A stretch of DNA of 64,000 nt from Convolutriloba macropyga. Taxonomy: Eukaryota. The stretch is taken from contig NC_134474.1 of assembly GCF_964194025.1 (NCBI RefSeq), positions 43,152,001 to 43,216,000 of the forward strand. Reading direction: 5' to 3'. Under the pieces are notes generated by a model. The model made no database searches. It saw nothing but the letters and a program-made list of their open reading frames with translations, and was not told where the DNA came from. Positions 58,927 to 64,000 of this stretch are shown here, one piece after another (positions within the stretch are counted from its first letter, which is position 1; every line of letters begins with the position of its first letter). The translations under genes were made by a program, and so were the position numbers.

Positions 58927-61900
58927 TTGAGCCACATTATCTATCTTCCTTGGTTACTGCATGTCGCACGCGAATTATTCCACTTACTGGTGAAAAACTA
59001 TTTTATGTTCCAATTCTAGTCGAAAATTTTAGATTCAACGCTTTATTAGATACTGGAGCTTTTTCTAGCGCTTTATCACTATCCTTATTTAAAAAAATAG
59101 AATATTATAACACGAAACACATTTTGAAAACAAATGACCAATTCCCATGTATCGTAAAAATGGCAGACGGAACAACTGCAAAAGTTATGCGGAAGATCAG
59201 ATTACAATTTGCCATTGGCTTATCAGAATTTGAAGAAGACTTCTTGGTTCTCGAAAATCTGAATTCTACGTTACTAGGTCTACCTTTCTTCCAAAAAAAT
59301 GATATACTCATTCACCCAAATAAAGTTTTATTATATTTACCAGAAATCACTCTATCACTTAACCATTCAGAAAATTTTTCCAAATCTTTGGTAATTCATA
59401 ATCTTTCAAAAGCAGTGATTAAACCAAATCGGCAGGAAGTTGTAGAATGTGAACTACTTCATCTCGACTCTTCGTTCTCAAATACATCAGGGATTATTGA
59501 ACCTTCAACACAGTTCGAGGGAAAATCAGGTTTATGTATTATGTCATCAATTAACGAACTAAACGATAAGTGTCGCACAAAAATTGGTGTCATTAATCTT
59601 AGCCCATATAGTGTCACCATTTGCGCAAAAACTCGTCTAGCGAAATTCATCATTTTGACCCCAAAACAATCAGAATATCTTAAACCACTTCACCCATCAA
59701 TACTGAATAATTCAATATGCCCATCCCTCAACACATTAATTACCGATGAAAACAAAAACGTTTTCAAAACCTATAATGATGGATTTTGGTTTCCTACGCC
59801 AGAAAATTGTTCTAATCCAACGAAATTAACGGGCATTGAAAAACGAATCTATGATGCACTTAAAAACCTAAAACAAGACGAAATGTTAAATCCTACACTG
59901 AACAAAGACAATCGTGAACGATTCTTACAGAAATTCAACTGGAAAAATTCTATTTTTTCTAAGGAACAAAAAAGGAAAATGGAAAACTTATTAGTAAGTT
60001 ATCACAAAATTTTTGCTCGTCACAGACTTGACTTGGGTAAAAACACCGACTGTTTGGTGAAACTTACTCCCGAACATGATCGACCAATTTATTCTCCTAA
60101 TTCCATTACACCAATACACCTACGAGATGAACTCATCATAGAACTGGCCCTAATGCAATACTATGATATTATCACAACATTACATTTTTCAAAGTATTCA
60201 TCTCCGATTTTCGCGCAAAGAAAAGCTAGTGGAAAACTGAGAATTTTAATAGACTTGAGAAAAATTAGCCACTTATTACGACATGATTATGTAAATAATA
60301 ACTTTCCCATTCCAACAATGTCCGAAGCAAGTGCACATTTATCAGGAAAAAAGATATTTGCAAAAATGGACTGTAGTCAAGCCTATTTCTCTATGCAAAT
60401 GGCTGATGAAAGAAGTGTGCAACTATTAGCATTCAATTTTGGAGGACGCACTTTCGCATTCAAAAGATTGGCACAGGGATTATCACGATCTCCTACAGCC
60501 TTTAGTGCATGTGTAAGCAAACATCTTTACCCGTGTGTTGCGAGTGACAAATGTTTTGTTTATTTCGATGATTTGGGAAGCGGAGCAATAGATGGCGATG
60601 CACTTATCGAAAACCTAGAGCAAATTTTTAAAAAAATTTCTGAGCTTGGATTTAAACTTTCCATTGATAAATGTGAATTTGGAATCCCCGAAATTCAATT
60701 TTTAGGCCATACAATAACTGGAGATGGATTAAAACCTAATGTTGAGAAATTAAAAAAGTTTATCAACATGGTTAAAATGCCAAAGAATATCAAACAAACG
60801 CGACGATTGATTGGTTTTGCACAGTATTTTCAATAATTTATTCTCAATTTAGCGGTCAAGTTACACCCTTTCTTTAAAATACTTCGTAAAGAAAGCAATT
60901 TCAGAATTGAGTCCGAACACAGAACAAGTCTTGAATCGCTAAAGAAGGATATGTCTAATGCTTGTCTACTAACCTTGAAAATGGCAAAACCTAACTGCCA
61001 ATATGTTATAATATGTGACGCAAGCTTCTACGCAGCAGGATATGTTTTAGTGATTGAAGACTACCACGAACACGCAGAAGATAGTAAAATTAAAACATAT
61101 GCGCCAGTAGCATTTGGCTCGCATTTATTTTCGCCGTCACAGCTTAAATTTAGCATATATGTTAAAGAATTCCTTAGCGTACAATACGCATTTGAAACAT
61201 TTGAACATTATATTTGGGGAGTATCGTCAAAACCAATTATTGTCCTAACAGATAACAAAAGTGTTACAAGATTCTTTCAAGCAAAGAAATTACCAGGAAA
61301 CTTATGGAACTCGGTAGATTATGTTCTAAGCTTTAGATTTGTTTTGGGTCATATACCAGGCAAAGCCAATGCAGCCGCTGACTACTTATCTCGAGTTCAC
61401 ATAAACCCAAATACAAAATTGAAAATGAAATTAGAAGATCAAATTCCTGTGCATAACATTGACATAGAACTACTTTCCAACACTCCAGATAATTCCCTTA
61501 CGGCAATCCAAGCTATCACAGAATCAAACACCGCAAATGTATTAATCCCTCAACTTTCCATTACTCCAGTGGATAACCATATAAACGTTACCATAGACGA
61601 ACTTTCTGCTTTCAATGACGTCATGATTTCGTCTATGTCTATGACCAATCCACATGATAAAATGGATATTTCATTATGCCTCGATACATTGAACCTTGGA
61701 AAAGAACAACAAAAAGACTCTGACATTTTGACTGCTATAAATTGGATAAACAATAAAATCAAACCAAAATTCATTGAAGGATCATATGATCTGCAAAAAT
61801 ATTTCAAGCATTGGAACAGACTACTACTAGAGAAGGGAGTTATCTATAGAAAATTCTTTGACCACTCTGGTCGTAATTACATTAAGCAGATCGTTGTTCC

Positions 61901-63625
61901 CAAGCATTTGCGTACAGAGTTGCTATTTCGCTTGCACAATAGTAAAATGAAAGGACATTTAGGCATTCAGAAAACAATTAAAGAATTCAGGAAAAAGTAT
62001 TACTTTCCAGGATTCATTGAATATTTAATATCATATATAAATAACTGCCTGACTTGTCTTCAAGCGAAATCACCAAATCACAAAACTTTACAGCCTCCAC
62101 TTAACCCAGTCAGTTCAAACACCAGCTTGCCCGCAGATATCATGCAAATAGATATAGTTGGGCCTCTACCGAAATCCGGTGGTTTCTCATATATCTTGAC
62201 CGGAATGGACATTTTCAGTAAATACATGTTTGCCCAACCTCTTAATTCTATTACTGCAGCAACTGTTACCAAATACTTGTTTCAGTGGTTCCTTCGACAT
62301 TGTTATATACCCCTACTAATAATTACAGACCAAGGTTCGCAATTCACTTCACAAATGCTACATGAACTAGCAGATCTGTTAGAAATAAAATTAGAACATG
62401 CCACATTAAAACATGCACAAACCATTGGTGTAGTAGAAAGATCACACGGACCTCTAAAACTCTATCTACGAATTTACGAAAATCAACTACAACACGACTG
62501 GCATAAATATATTGATCTGGCCGTATTCCAGAATAATACAAGCTACCATACAACCATTGGCTGTCCACCCACTTAAATTTTCCATGGACGAATTCCTGTA
62601 AATCCGATCGACTTGCGGTTTAACAATAAATCCATTTACCATAAGAAGTGTAACTTTGACTACATTGCTGATATTCAGAACAAAATGGCGACACTATTTT
62701 CACAAACTAAGGAATCCCTTATAAAGTCTTTTAATAAATATCGGGATTACTATGACAAAAAAGCAACTGCAGCTCCGCTGAAATTGCATGAGTACTGTGT
62801 ACTTTTTCATCCGAAACTCTCCAACGAGCACAAAAAATTAGTAATTTACAATGTAAATGGTCAGGATTATATCGGATTGAAAAAGTCTTAACTCGAAGCA
62901 ATTACTTAATTCGCAAAATCAACACACTTCATACACAAATTATCCACAGAGTTAGACTAAAACCAATTAAACCACAATTCAGAATATCCGATTTGAGAAA
63001 CATTGATGAAAAAAATTTTGTTGAAGACCCATTTGTTCAAGAACAGATCAGAGAACCACAACTCTTTGATAGCAGCCTTGATGAAACTTTATTTACTCCA
63101 TGGGATACCAGAGAGGTCCGCGTCGAATCCTCTATTTATAATAAAACAGCACAGCCAAGCAATCAACCGCAACCTAACCTTCAACCAAATTTGGTTGCCC
63201 CAAATACACAAACACCCAATGAAAGATCCATTGAGAAAACTCCAACTACTACTTCAAGCTCTGACAGCTCAACAACTGAATTCCAAACACCCAAGTCCAA
63301 AACACCCAGCCCTCTAAGCGATACACAAGCCGCCTCTACACTTCATTCTAAAAGTGCTAATTTGCAACCGGGGCCCAGTAGTTTTAAGTTGAATCCATCA
63401 CAGCTCGCTAGAGAGCTAGCAGAACCAGCACAAACATCGAAAGTTGCAAAACTTATCCAAGAAAAGAAGCAGGCTCGGGAGCAAACTTCAACGCAACCAG
63501 TACTAATGTCCAAGCCGACAATACAAAAAACAGAAGTAAGGCCTACTGGAAAATTAAATGTTAGCAATACAACATCAAGTTACGGAAGACAGCGAAAACA
63601 AACTCAATTCTTCCAATCGAAGTAA
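58920..63625 (+). pseudogene. pol of the third Gypsy element (PR-RT-RNase H-IN); two premature stops and one frameshift
   Basis: LLDTGA; MDCSQAYF, YFDD; ICDAS, LTDNK; HNSKMKGH...CLTC; QIDIVGP, TDQGSQF, GVVER; KWSGLYRIEK GPY/F-like module; Ser/Thr/Pro tail. Confidence 0.95.
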
Positions 63626-63678
63626 AAACGAACAAAAGTGCGAAACATTGAAAATGTAGTTCTCACTATACTACAAAT

Positions 63679-63999
63679 ATGGAATATAAAACCATTCCAA
63701 ATTGCCTTGCGGGTTTGGCATTACTTAACAACATGACACTTTCAAACACAACAAAATGATATAAGAAACATGCATGTTATTAAAGAAACTAAAATAAAAT
63801 TTCAACAAAATGTCAGTTTCCTCAAAGCTAAGAAAAAATTAAAAAATTCTAAAACCACGGATCAATGTGATTGGTTTTTGTGATTACCATGATATAACTT
63901 TTATGTACCTGTGATATGTACACGAGCAGGGTAAATTCATTTCTAAATTGGGGTCAACGCATAGTTGGGGTAATTAGAGAATTTCGACAAAGAAAAACT
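63679..63999 (+). pseudogene. Start of a decayed extra ORF after pol; runs off the window
   Basis: MEYKPFQIALRVWHYLTT*... then PRINVIGFCDYHDITLCTCDMY...; no 3' LTR reached. Confidence 0.3.
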
Positions 64000-64000
64000 G

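Overview
Eukaryotic, AT-rich, almost entirely transposon-derived DNA (the element types point to an invertebrate animal); no host gene is recognisable and there are three assembly gaps. From left to right: (1) decayed minus-strand ORF remnants with a 21-bp minisatellite; (2) a two-module satellite split by a solo LTR; (3) an internally deleted BEL/Pao LTR element (11233-18023, minus strand, TSD GCACA); (4) two copies of a TA-flanked MITE carrying a tRNA-like Pol III cassette; (5) a young, nearly intact single-ORF Gypsy element (25313-32160, TSD ATCCT) lying upstream of, and probably nested in, (6) a large decayed Gypsy element whose pol is followed by a chuvirus-type class III fusion glycoprotein env and further accessory ORFs, including a tandem RING finger; (7) a CR1-type LINE with a tandemly amplified RT segment, interrupted by an RTE LINE that has an HDV-like ribozyme at its 5' end; (8) a third Gypsy element with upstream small ORFs and a -1 gag-pol frameshift. 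Best candidates for undescribed biology: the complex-retrovirus-like Gypsy (chuvirus-like env plus RING accessory genes), and in-frame splice sites that bracket the RT/RNase H and integrase cores of the young Gypsy. All calls come from reading the sequence by eye; no searches were run.
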